A stretch of 64,000 bases of DNA from Fibrobacter sp. (lineage in GTDB: Bacteria; Fibrobacterota; Fibrobacteria; Fibrobacterales; Fibrobacteraceae): assembly GCA_045617325.1 (NCBI GenBank), contig JAZLIJ010000066.1, forward strand, positions 1,787 through 65,786, in the 5' to 3' direction. Position 1 is the first letter of the stretch; each line of letters opens with the position of its first letter. The translations under genes and the position numbers were made by a program. Below are positions 10,026 through 19,623 of the stretch, piece by piece. Under the pieces are notes generated by a model, which did not search any database, was not told where the DNA came from, and saw only the letters and a list, made by a program, of their open reading frames with translations.

Positions 10026-10950
10026 ATAATTAATTATGAGTTATAAATTACGAAGTATGAGATTTTTGCATCTGGAGATGCGGATTTAGGGAACAATGAA
10101 CAATGAACAATGAACAATGAACAATGAACAATTAACACAAATGCGTAAGGCGAGAGCAGCGCGAATGCTTGCATTCGCATTGCCGAGCCAAGCATTGAAC
10201 GCCGTAGGCGTTCGCAGCGGCGGTTATGAAATATCAAAATGCAAGCATTTTGCTGCTTCATAACCTTGCATGCTGTTGGCACGGGAGCGGAGCGACTGTG
10301 CAATGAACAATGAACAATGAACAATGAATAGGAAATTATGAGTTATGAGAGTAAATGTTGCCTTGGATCCTCCCCAAAGGGGATAAGAATTGATTCAAAT
10401 CAAAGATATGACTTTTTTAGTAGGAAGTAGACAGTAGGCAGTAAACAGGAGTAAGTGAGGCGCTTCGCGCGGGGCTGGCTTGAGTTATGAATTATGAGTT
10501 ATAAGTTATGAGATGAAAGTGAGGCGGCTTCGCCGCAGTTTTATTCCGAAACAAGATGCGTTAGGGATGCGCAAGTGGGATTCCGGCTCGGAGGCCGGGA
10601 TGACGGGGCCGAAAACGGTCATTCTGGAGGCTCGGAGAGAGAATCAAGGATGAAGGATGAAGGATGAAGGATGAAGGATGAAGGATGAAAGATGAAGGAT
10701 GAGTTATGAAGTATGAGTTATGAATTATGAGATTGGATGATTTGCTAGACGGTTTCGACATCTTTTTCGTTTCCGTATGCTCCATGGACCATGCGCTCCC
10801 TATCTGCCGACAGGCAGACTCGCGATGACATTCTTGTAAGTAAAACGAAAAAAGCACAAAACCCAAGCCCTGCGCATCTCCAGCAGCAATTCCTGTTTAC
10901 TAACCACCAACCACTAACCACTTGGAAATGAGCTTTCCAAACGGCAACCA
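10026..10950. repeat. mosaic intergenic element cluster A (heptamer arrays + GC hairpin modules)
   Basis: A gene-free gap of about 1.1 kb, of which 10026-10950 is this mosaic. Heptamer arrays at 10034-10061, 10091-10125 (GAACAAT x5), 10301-10328 (CAATGAA x4), 10418-10459, 10485-10519, 10646-10736 (13 units, mostly AAGGATG) and 10900-10922. Hairpins: gcgaatgc/gcattcgc 10161-10178, gaacgcc/ggcgttc 10197-10213, caaaatgc/gcattttg 10235-10252. Modules are shared with the other clusters (see findings). Confidence 0.9.
10646..10736. repeat. 13-unit heptanucleotide tandem array (AAGGATG x6, AAAGATG, AAGGATG, AGTTATG, AAGTATG, AGTTATG, AATTATG, AGATTGG)
   Basis: Counted directly; a single 7-nt register is kept over 91 nt while the unit sequence drifts. 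Confidence 0.9.
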
Positions 10951-10954
10951 TCAT

Positions 10955-11851
10955 CTACCGATGCCAGAATGTAGTCACTTTTTGGTAACGGGAGATATCT
11001 GCCATCGCAGCGGCGGCGGCGGCGGCTTTTTCATGCGACTCGAAAATGCCGAAGACGGAAGCTCCGGAGCCACTCATCAGTGCGCATTTCGCTCCGAGTT
11101 CCAGGAACTTCTGCTTCATTTCAGCGACAAGCGGATGCTTCGGGAAGACGGAAACTTCGAAAGCGTTGTAGAAAGAATCTGGATGCAGACAATAGGATGT
11201 TGCAGACAAATTGCCGGATGCCGGATGCTGAAGCGCAGAAGATGCATTTTCACAATTCGCCTTGTACTTTTCCCAGCGATCGGGGCCGGATTTTGGGACG
11301 CCCGCGTAGGCATCCTTCGTCGGAACGGCATCCAAAGGAGTCGCAATGAGGAGCGCCTCGCCCGCTGGCAAATCCAGCGGAGGAACGAAAGTCAAACGTT
11401 CACCGATACCTTCTGCAAAGGCGGTTCCGCCACGAACGAGGAACGGCACGTCGGCACCGAGTTTTGCACCGATTTGCTCCAGCGTTTCAAACGGAAGATT
11501 CAAATTCCAAAGCTTGTTCAGCAGACGAAGTGTCGCGGCAGCATCGGCACTGCCACCGCCAAGACCAGCCCCCAGCGGCATCACCTTCTCAAGATGAATG
11601 TCGGCTCCGAGCGAGACATTCGCAAAATTTTTCAGCGCAACCGCCGCCTTGTACACCAGGTCCGATTCCACGGGGTAATCCTGCGGCTTGTTATAAGTCA
11701 AGCAAATTTCGCCATCTTCACGAAGCGTCGCCTCGACGGTATCGCCTGCGTCAACGGTCTGGAAAACAGTGCCAAGGTCATGATAGCCATCTTCGCGTTT
11801 GCGGATGACATCGAGAAACAAGTTGATTTTTGCAGGAGCGTATTCGATCAT
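10955..11851 (-). CDS. ispE: 4-(cytidine 5'-diphospho)-2-C-methyl-D-erythritol kinase
   Basis: N-terminus APAKINLFLDV, GHMP-kinase ATP loop PLGAGLGGGSADAAATL, and 298 aa length are typical of IspE. Confidence 0.9.
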   Translation of the reverse strand: MIEYAPAKINLFLDVIRKREDGYHDLGTVFQTVDAGDTVEATLREDGEICLTYNKPQDYPVESDLVYKAAVALKNFANVSLGADIHLEKVMPLGAGLGGGSADAAATLRLLNKLWNLNLPFETLEQIGAKLGADVPFLVRGGTAFAEGIGERLTFVPPLDLPAGEALLIATPLDAVPTKDAYAGVPKSGPDRWEKYKANCENASSALQHPASGNLSATSYCLHPDSFYNAFEVSVFPKHPLVAEMKQKFLELGAKCALMSGSGASVFGIFESHEKAAAAAAAMADISRYQKVTTFWHR

Positions 11852-12039
11852 AGCGGTTGGTTTGTTAGTTTGTAGTTAGGTTTACAGCAGAAAGTCGCTA
11901 AACCTATCGTCTTTCATCTATACCCTATTAATTCTTTTGCGACGGGAAGTGCGCTGACGCTGAAAATTTAGCTTTTTGCGATTATTTTAGCGACAAGAAA
12001 TGCGAAAGTTCACCAAAACAAGCCTCAAAAGCGACAATG

Positions 12040-12274
12040 TACAGATAAATCTAGGGAAAAGACGGCATTTATCGGCCCACCTGCAAAGTTCCGTGTTTTA
12101 AGGCAAAAGTAAACGGCTTGCAGAGCGAGTTCCCGGCTCGTAGGCCGGGATGACGGTGAAGTGAATATGCTGGAAAATGCACAAGCAGCATTCCCTACAG
12201 CTTCTCGCCTCAGCAATTTTTCTGCTTACTAACCACCAACCACTAACCACTCCGCCGCAGATTTAACGCAGCAA
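12040..12274. repeat. mosaic intergenic element cluster B
   Basis: Contains module TCCCGGCTCGTAGGCCGGGATGACG (12131-12156), the 23-mer CTAACCACCAACCACTAACCACT (12229-12251, identical to 10900-10922) and CCGCAGATTTAA (12255-12266). It ends at the ftsK stop. Confidence 0.8.
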
Positions 12275-15200
12275 TCACCCGAATTTTCCGGAGCGTTCGA
12301 GATTCATGAGACCGTCCATATCGACGAGCATGGCGCGGGGCTTCGAATTGCCCTTGCTAGGTCCGCAGACGCCAAGGCCGTAAAGCTGATCCACAATTTT
12401 TCCGGCGCGGCTGTAGCCTACGCTGAAGTGGCGCTGCACCGCCGAAGTCGAGAGGCCGTTCACGCTAATCGCCCATTCGGCGACCTCGAACAGCAGCTTG
12501 TCCAGCTTCTCGTTTTTCAGATTGCCGCCTTCTTCCCCATCCTCGTCATCGCCGCCAGTAATGTCGAAGGATTCCACCTGCGGATAGCAGACGTTCTGGT
12601 TGGAGCAGGCATCGGCCAGCTTTTCCGCCTCCTCGTCGCTCAGGAATGCGCCATGGACGCGTTCCGGGTCAGGGGCGTTCACGGCCTTGAAAAGCATATC
12701 GCCGCGACCGAGCAGTTTTTCGGCGCCGGCGTGGTCCATCACCGTGCGGGCGTCAATCTGCGAAGCGACCTTGAAACTGATGCGGGTCGGCAAGTTCGCC
12801 TTGATGATGCCCGTGATAACCTTCACCGACGGACGCTGCGTCGCAAGCACCAGGTGAATTCCGACGGCACGCGCCTTTGCGGCTAGGCGGGCGACCGACT
12901 TTTCAATTTCCTTGCCGGCGACCATCATCAAGTCCGCCATTTCGTCGATGATGACGACGATGAACGCCATGCGGTGCCCGCGATCTTCTTCGGGGACTTC
13001 GTCCGGGAGCTCGTTGGCATCGAACTTCGCATTGAAACCGCCAATGTTTCTCACCTTCGCCATGGCAAGCACTTCCGTGCGGCGGTCCATTTCGTAGCAG
13101 AGCCACTGCAGCGCCTGGATGGCGATTTCGGGCTTCGTAATCACCGGGGCGAGCAAGTGCGGAATGTTCTCGTACATCTTGAGTTCCACGGCCTTCGGGT
13201 CCACAAGAATCATGCGGAGCTCATCGGGCGTCTTGCTGAAGAGAATGCTCGCCATGAGCGCATTGATGCAGACGGACTTACCGGAACCCGTCTGACCGGC
13301 GATGAGCAAGTGCGGAGCCTTCGCCAAGTCCATGGTGAAAGCCTCGCCCGTAATGTCCTTTCCGAGCGCCACGAGAATTTTTTCCGGGGACGGCTTGAAA
13401 TGTTCGCTCATGAACACGTCCCTGCAAAATACCGTCTGGAACTTGCGATTCGGAATTTCGATGCCCACGGCGGCCTTGCCAGGAATCGGAGCCAGGATGC
13501 GCACAGAACTCACGCGAAGCGGAAGCGCCAAGTCCTCCTGCAACGCAGAAAAGCGGCTTACCTTCACGCCCGGTCCCGGTTCCACTTCGAAGCGCGTAAT
13601 CATGGGGCCCGTCTCGCAGCCGATGACGCGACCGCGCACCTTGAAGTTCTCGAGTTTTTCTTCGAGCATCTTGCCGATATCGTTCAATTCCTCTTCGGTG
13701 TAATCGGCGGTCTGCACCTCATGCGTATCGAGGATATCCTCGATGCTTGGAATCTTGTACTTGTCGAAAGCGGCGGTTGAATCCGGATGCGGAATTGCAG
13801 CGGCACTCCCTTCGGGCATTCCGGAGCGTTCCAGAATCGGCTCGAAATCGTTTTCTTCCAGCGTATTTTCCGGTTCATCAACTTCTTCAGGAGCCTCGTA
13901 ATGGAAACTTGTCGGCGCATCGTCCTGTTCTGCTGTGGAAGCAGAGGCTGCAACCGAGGATGCAGCGGTTTTCGCAGATACCCTAACAGCAGACGCATCC
14001 GCCTTCCGGGATGCTGACTTCGGCTCCGCCTTGGCGCGGGACTTTTTGGCAGTAGCGGCACGGGTCGCAACCAACGTCTCATTTTGTTCGCCCTTATCCG
14101 CTTGCGTTTCTGACGATTCCGTCGGAACTTCCTGGACAGATTCTACCGCAGAAGATTCCGAGCGGCGCACGTCGCCCTTCACCTGCATTCTGCCGGGGCG
14201 TCCCTTTTCCCAGTCGATAAAGTCGCGTGCCCTGCGAAGCGCCGCAATCCGCTCCTTGATTTCAAGAATCTGAAGCGCATTCATACGATGCTCATTCAGG
14301 CGCAGTTCCTCTTCGAGACGGCGAATTTCAGGATCCCTGTCATCACCCACCTCGTTACCATAATCAAATTCAGGTACAGCTGGAACTGGAGCTTCGACAA
14401 TAGTCGGCGCATCAAAATCACGCCCCGAGTCCATCTCAGGAATATTTCGAGATTTTTCTATGCGAGGTTTTTCAATCACCTGCGTCGGAGCTTCATCAGG
14501 TTCAATGAAAACCTCCTGTTCATCAAGCCAGTTGCGACGTCCATTGAACGGCACAACCTTCCCTTTTCTACGCATTTTCGATTCATTCGGCACAAAAATC
14601 ATAGTTTCGTCGTCCATCATCACACCTTTACGACGACGGTTCGATTCCACAGAAAGTTCCACAGGTTCGGCGTCCACGACCTCGGCCGTTTTCTCCCTCG
14701 AAGAAATCAAATTTGACAAATAGTTCGCCGTCTGCCCGATAAAGCGGAAATGCCTCGGTCGAAGGCCAAACGATAGAACAAGAATCAAGCAGAACGCGAC
14801 TAGCGAAATAATCAGCGACGCGAACTTGGATTCCATTCCGAAAACAGGAATCGAAACATTCTGCACCAGGAACTGTCCAATGACGCCACCGTTCATGGAG
14901 AGAATTTCATCGGAAACATGCGCAACACCGTAATTTTTCAGTGCCATGAAAAAAGACACATTCAAAACCAAAAGCGAGAAACCAATTGCAAAACGCAGAA
15001 GTTTAACACGAAGCGAGGAGAGCGCAATTAAAAGCCCCCAAAGCACAAGGGCAATTGTAAAGAAAATAACCGAGACCTTGCCGAAAACAAGCGTCACGAC
15101 ATGGGGAAAAAGTCCGCCAAAATAAGGTCCAAGCCAATTATGCGAAGCCCCGCTGTAGACGCCAGTCACACATCCAAGCAGAAGCATGCAACCCACGGCA

Positions 15201-15316
15201 AAAAGGAACCAGCCACCGACAACAACTCCAAAACAGGAATCGTTATTTTCGGGAACAGAAGACTTACTTTTTGAGCTTGTAGCGCTCTTTGCACTCTTTT
15301 TCTTTTGCGCAGCCAA
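12275..15316 (-). CDS. ftsK: DNA translocase FtsK
   Basis: N-terminal multi-TM domain, long low-complexity linker, and a C-terminal motor with Walker A GQTGSGKSV, DEMADLMM and ATQRPS. Winged-helix gamma domain at the end (VSTSAVQRHFSVGYSRAGKIVDQL). Confidence 0.95.
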   Translation of the reverse strand: MAAQKKKSAKSATSSKSKSSVPENNDSCFGVVVGGWFLFAVGCMLLLGCVTGVYSGASHNWLGPYFGGLFPHVVTLVFGKVSVIFFTIALVLWGLLIALSSLRVKLLRFAIGFSLLVLNVSFFMALKNYGVAHVSDEILSMNGGVIGQFLVQNVSIPVFGMESKFASLIISLVAFCLILVLSFGLRPRHFRFIGQTANYLSNLISSREKTAEVVDAEPVELSVESNRRRKGVMMDDETMIFVPNESKMRRKGKVVPFNGRRNWLDEQEVFIEPDEAPTQVIEKPRIEKSRNIPEMDSGRDFDAPTIVEAPVPAVPEFDYGNEVGDDRDPEIRRLEEELRLNEHRMNALQILEIKERIAALRRARDFIDWEKGRPGRMQVKGDVRRSESSAVESVQEVPTESSETQADKGEQNETLVATRAATAKKSRAKAEPKSASRKADASAVRVSAKTAASSVAASASTAEQDDAPTSFHYEAPEEVDEPENTLEENDFEPILERSGMPEGSAAAIPHPDSTAAFDKYKIPSIEDILDTHEVQTADYTEEELNDIGKMLEEKLENFKVRGRVIGCETGPMITRFEVEPGPGVKVSRFSALQEDLALPLRVSSVRILAPIPGKAAVGIEIPNRKFQTVFCRDVFMSEHFKPSPEKILVALGKDITGEAFTMDLAKAPHLLIAGQTGSGKSVCINALMASILFSKTPDELRMILVDPKAVELKMYENIPHLLAPVITKPEIAIQALQWLCYEMDRRTEVLAMAKVRNIGGFNAKFDANELPDEVPEEDRGHRMAFIVVIIDEMADLMMVAGKEIEKSVARLAAKARAVGIHLVLATQRPSVKVITGIIKANLPTRISFKVASQIDARTVMDHAGAEKLLGRGDMLFKAVNAPDPERVHGAFLSDEEAEKLADACSNQNVCYPQVESFDITGGDDEDGEEGGNLKNEKLDKLLFEVAEWAISVNGLSTSAVQRHFSVGYSRAGKIVDQLYGLGVCGPSKGNSKPRAMLVDMDGLMNLERSGKFG

Positions 15317-15407
15317 TCAAAATCCTCCAAAAGTAGATTTCAAATATAGGTTTTATTTGTGACACATTCACTGACACGAATCTTACTTTTTTTATCTTTT
15401 CCGCGAC

Positions 15408-18400
15408 ATGGCGTTCAATATTCTAAAAAAAATAAAAATTCCTAAAAAATTAAAAAAACTAATTTACGGTATTCTCTCCACGACGATTACCGTAAGCTTG
15501 ATTCTTGTTTTCGGAAGCACTCAAAGCGACATTACAGACCGGGTTTCCACAGGCAAGGAATCCTTAATAGAGAATATTAAAATTGAAGCGAGTAGCGCCA
15601 TCAACAGATCCATCAAAGCAGCGCGTCCAGGTGCAGAATCATTAGAAAATATTTTCTACGACCTTTTCTTCAAAAAATTGACATACAGGGAACCCGTTGA
15701 GGGCGGAGCCGTCAAAAAAGTTTCCACAGCCACAAGCTACGACCCCAACATCCTTATTGTCGATGTTGACGAACCATCGCTAGACAAACTCGGAAGCTAC
15801 TATGAATGGGACCGCTCCATCCACGCCAACGTGGTCAAGAACTTGAGCAACGGAGGCGCCTCTGCCATCAGTTTCGATATTCTGTTCAAGAACGCGGACT
15901 TCGGAAAGCAAAAAACGAATCAGGTCGTAAACGTTCTAAAGAGCATCTATCCCGATTCTACCTGGGATACGCAAGCATCCACCATCCAGTCCGGCTTCAA
16001 CTACGACTCGCTCCTTGTGCAAGAAATCAAGGACGACGGAAACGTCATCGTATGCAGCATGTTCGATGATAGGAAATCCTACAAGCACGAATCCCAGTGG
16101 GCACCACTCAGTTCGGAAGAACGCGCCGATTCCATCGGTTACACCTCCACCTTTGAATATTCCCAGGCAGACAAGCCACAAAACATCGAGCCCAAGGACC
16201 TCCTCGACAACATCTTTCCGAAATTAGCCAATGCAGGACGCTTCATGGGTTCCGTCAACGCCTACCCCGACGATGACGGAGTCGTGCGCAATGTGGCAAT
16301 GCTCTACAGATTCCCCAATCCGGAACTCTACGAAAATATTCCAAGTAAAATTTACTCCACCATGTCGCTCATGACAGTACTTCACCTTTTCCACCAAAAG
16401 CCGTCAAACGTGCAAATCAAGATGGGCAAGTACATCGACATAGGAAAGCCCTTCGGCATCTACAGGGAAATGGACGGAAGCTACCACGTCACCTATCCGC
16501 AGTTCAGCTACCCGATGTTCCTTTCGCTCCGTGAAAAACTTATCAATATTCACAAAACCAAGAAGCTGAACGACGAGTTCGTTGACGTATCCACAAGCAT
16601 CATCGCCATCAACAGTAAAGACGACGGGCTCATTTTCGAAATAAAAGTCGGCGACGAATACCAGACGCTCACAAGCAAACTTTCAAACACACTTCTCAAA
16701 CTGGACACGACAATATTCCACAAAATCCCAAACGGGAAATCGCTGAAACTTGGCGAAGGAATTGAGCTTTCAAGCGACACGGAAATCGAGGGAGCCTATC
16801 TTCTGAGGGACGAAGAAGAAGACGAAGAAGCGAAAATCACGCCTTTCGCACTGAACACCATCAACTTTTTCAAAGATTCTCTTGAGAACATTCCTGTAGG
16901 CAAGCAAAAGCATCTTTCGCTGAACCTTGACCTCCGCTACGACAAGGAAAAGAAACAGTGGAATACACAGTTTATGGTCTTGACGAAGAAGGTTCTCGAC
17001 GACATCCGCCTAACCCCAGACAAGGCTATTGCGGACCTGAAACCAGGCGAAGAACTCCGCTTCGGTGAAAACAAAAGAATTCCTATCAACAAGTATGGGC
17101 GCTACCAGGTCAACTACAAGGGACGTTACAATACGGACGAAGTCAATCGAGTTTTCCAGCACATTTCTTATTATGACGTGACCAAGAACCGCATCGACCC
17201 CGCCTTTTATCAGGGTAAAATTTTCATTCTCGGATCGGCGGCGGCGGCCTTGTTCGATTTCAAGCCTGGTCCGCACGAAGAAAACAACCCCGCGGTGCTC
17301 ATCCACGCGACAATTATCAAGAACATTCTCGAAGATGACTACCTCACGACTCTAGAGGAAAATTACCAGCGCATCATTGTCATCATCCTGGCCATTATAT
17401 GCATGCTCCTAGGTCTCTATCTGAAAAGCTACCTGTCGCTTGGCATTTCGATGCTCCTGATCTCAATCTACGGCATTGTCGCCTACCACTACTTTGAAAT
17501 GGGCCTCTACATTGGCGTTTCAAAGCAAGTGCTCGCCATATTGCTTACAAATATCGTTGCACTCGTTGTCCAATTCTACTTTGAAAACAAGGAAAAACGC
17601 TTCCTCGACAACGCCTTCAAACAGTACATCTCCCCCGAACTGATCAACGAAATGGTCAAAAACGAAGTGATGCCAGAACTCGGTGGCAACAAGTCGAACA
17701 TCACGGCGTATTTCACCGACATCGCCAGTTTCTCCACATTCTCCGAAAAAATCGGTGACCCGACCAAGCTTGTCGAACTTTTGAATGAATACTTGACTGC
17801 AATGACAGACACTCTTCTAGAGAACAAGGGTACTCTGGACAAGTACGAAGGCGATGCCATTATCGCATTCTTCGGAGCACCGATGCCACTTAAAAACCAT
17901 GCGCAAAGCGCCTGCGATACAGCAATCGACATGCAGAACAAGCTCATGGGTTTGCGTCAAAAATGGGTTCATGAACAAGGCAAGTGGCCAACCGTTGTCC
18001 ACGACATGCACATGAGAATCGGAATCAACTCCGGAGACATCGTTACGGGCAACATGGGGTCTACCATGCGCAAGAACTATACGATGATGGGAGACGCTGT
18101 GAACCTCGCTGCGCGCCTTGAAAGTGCAGCAAAGCAGTACGGGGCATACATCCAAATTAGCGAAGACACGCAAAAGCATCTTGAAGAGGGCAAATACATC
18201 TACCGTTCTCTCGACACGATTCGCGTTATCGGAAAAAGCCTTCCAGTCAAGACATTCGAGCTTTTGCAGAGAGCCGACTGCGCAGACAAGGACAACTTGA
18301 ACAAACTTGTAGAGATTTGGGAATTGGCTCGTGAAGCCTATCTCGCCATGGAATGGAACAGGGCCATAGAACTCTTTACGCAATGCCTAGACTTTGAGCC

Positions 18401-18539
18401 TCATCTGCCCTCACGCGATCCAGGAAGCAAGACTTGTCCAAGTCTCATCTACATCAAGAGATGCGAAGCCTACAAGAAGAATCCGCCCGTTGAAGCCGGC
18501 GAAACCTGGGATGGTATCTTTACCGCTACGGAAAAATAA
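15408..18539 (+). CDS. CHASE2-domain membrane adenylate/guanylate cyclase (class III) with C-terminal TPR-like tail
   Basis: N-terminal TM, large extracytoplasmic domain, three or four TM helices (res ~655-725), then a class III cyclase core ITAYFTDIASFSTFSE...DKYEGDAIIAFFGAP...MGDAVNLAARLES. Confidence 0.85.
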   Translation: MAFNILKKIKIPKKLKKLIYGILSTTITVSLILVFGSTQSDITDRVSTGKESLIENIKIEASSAINRSIKAARPGAESLENIFYDLFFKKLTYREPVEGGAVKKVSTATSYDPNILIVDVDEPSLDKLGSYYEWDRSIHANVVKNLSNGGASAISFDILFKNADFGKQKTNQVVNVLKSIYPDSTWDTQASTIQSGFNYDSLLVQEIKDDGNVIVCSMFDDRKSYKHESQWAPLSSEERADSIGYTSTFEYSQADKPQNIEPKDLLDNIFPKLANAGRFMGSVNAYPDDDGVVRNVAMLYRFPNPELYENIPSKIYSTMSLMTVLHLFHQKPSNVQIKMGKYIDIGKPFGIYREMDGSYHVTYPQFSYPMFLSLREKLINIHKTKKLNDEFVDVSTSIIAINSKDDGLIFEIKVGDEYQTLTSKLSNTLLKLDTTIFHKIPNGKSLKLGEGIELSSDTEIEGAYLLRDEEEDEEAKITPFALNTINFFKDSLENIPVGKQKHLSLNLDLRYDKEKKQWNTQFMVLTKKVLDDIRLTPDKAIADLKPGEELRFGENKRIPINKYGRYQVNYKGRYNTDEVNRVFQHISYYDVTKNRIDPAFYQGKIFILGSAAAALFDFKPGPHEENNPAVLIHATIIKNILEDDYLTTLEENYQRIIVIILAIICMLLGLYLKSYLSLGISMLLISIYGIVAYHYFEMGLYIGVSKQVLAILLTNIVALVVQFYFENKEKRFLDNAFKQYISPELINEMVKNEVMPELGGNKSNITAYFTDIASFSTFSEKIGDPTKLVELLNEYLTAMTDTLLENKGTLDKYEGDAIIAFFGAPMPLKNHAQSACDTAIDMQNKLMGLRQKWVHEQGKWPTVVHDMHMRIGINSGDIVTGNMGSTMRKNYTMMGDAVNLAARLESAAKQYGAYIQISEDTQKHLEEGKYIYRSLDTIRVIGKSLPVKTFELLQRADCADKDNLNKLVEIWELAREAYLAMEWNRAIELFTQCLDFEPHLPSRDPGSKTCPSLIYIKRCEAYKKNPPVEAGETWDGIFTATEK

Positions 18540-18718
18540 AGGGAGAACCTGTTTCAAAACACCGAACAGGCAGTAAAAGACAAATGGTTTGATTTCACAG
18601 ATAAGATGCAGGAAGCATCCTCGCCCAATCGAGATGCTTTAGCAATGCAACGGCGGGATCCGGCTCGGAGGACGGAATGATTTTTTAGTAGACAGGGAGA
18701 AGTCTTGCAACCACAAAA

Positions 18719-18739
18719 AATCCCGCTTAACGCGGGATT
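18719..18739 (-). terminator. rho-independent terminator for the folK-dNK-panC transcript
   Basis: Stem AATCCCGC/GCGGGATT with loop TTAAC. An A-run on the plus strand (18715-18720) gives a U-tract on the minus-strand RNA. It lies 31 nt past the panC stop. Confidence 0.7.
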
Positions 18740-18769
18740 CCAACAAAGTAGCTTCGCCCAGACCGCTTA

Positions 18770-19621
18770 CTAGCCCAACTCAATATTATCAATGAGGCGA
18801 GTCTTTCCGAAGAATGCCGCAACAAGAATCACAGCCTTGTCTTCAGGTCCAAGGACACCGACGCACTTCTGCAAATTCTTCTGATTTGCAAGCTCGACAT
18901 ACTGCACCATACCGCGCTTCGAGATGATACTCTTAATCGCAATATCACGAATCTTCGATACGCAGCGTTCGCCCCCCTTGTATGCGGCCAAAGCCTTTTC
19001 AAGCCCTTCGTGAATGCCAAGCGCAAGCGTTTTTTCCTCTTCGCTCAAGTATTCGTTGCGGCTGGAACGTGCAAGACCGCTTGCCTCGCGAACAATATCC
19101 ACGCGGCGAATTTCTATGTCGAAGTTCAAGTCCTTCACCATGCGCTCGATAAGGAACACCTGCTGGTAATCCTTCTTGCCAAAGAAGGCCTTATGCGCAC
19201 CGGTGATTAAGAACAACTTAGAAACAACCGTCAAGACGCCACGGAAATGCCCCGGGCGGTAAGCGCCGCAATAGAGGCATTCCAAAGCTTCATCGCGAAC
19301 CAATGTCAGGGGGTCACCATCCGGATACATCTCCTGCACCGAGGGAGCAAAAACAAAATCCGCGCCGATAGATTCAGCAAGTTTTGCATCCGCTTCCAAG
19401 CGTTTCGGATACTTGTCAAGATCCTCATTTTTACCGAACTGGATGGGATTCAAAAATACACTCACCACAGTCACATCGCATTCTTTTACGGAAGCCGTAA
19501 TCAAAGCGCCATGTCCTTCGTGAAGCGCCCCCATGGTAGGAACAAGACCGATGGTCTTCCCCTGCGCTGCAAGGGGTTTCAAGACTTGACGCATTGCTTC
19601 GATTGACTTGATTATCTGCAT
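18770..19621 (-). CDS. panC: pantoate--beta-alanine ligase
   Basis: Contains VPTMGALHEGH (HIGH-like motif); 283 aa with typical PanC layout throughout. Confidence 0.9.
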   Translation of the reverse strand: MQIIKSIEAMRQVLKPLAAQGKTIGLVPTMGALHEGHGALITASVKECDVTVVSVFLNPIQFGKNEDLDKYPKRLEADAKLAESIGADFVFAPSVQEMYPDGDPLTLVRDEALECLYCGAYRPGHFRGVLTVVSKLFLITGAHKAFFGKKDYQQVFLIERMVKDLNFDIEIRRVDIVREASGLARSSRNEYLSEEEKTLALGIHEGLEKALAAYKGGERCVSKIRDIAIKSIISKRGMVQYVELANQKNLQKCVGVLGPEDKAVILVAAFFGKTRLIDNIELG

Positions 19622-19623
19622 AG

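Noticed and set aside
10034-10866. ORFs predicted across the mosaic repeats (for example 10561-10866, translating to HPSSFILHPSSFIL; also 24445-24688, 31491-31781, 38873-39163, 52962-53444)
   Set aside because: Their open frames come from 7-nt tandem repeats and palindromic modules. The amino-acid repeats follow from 21-nt periodicity. There are no credible starts or motifs.
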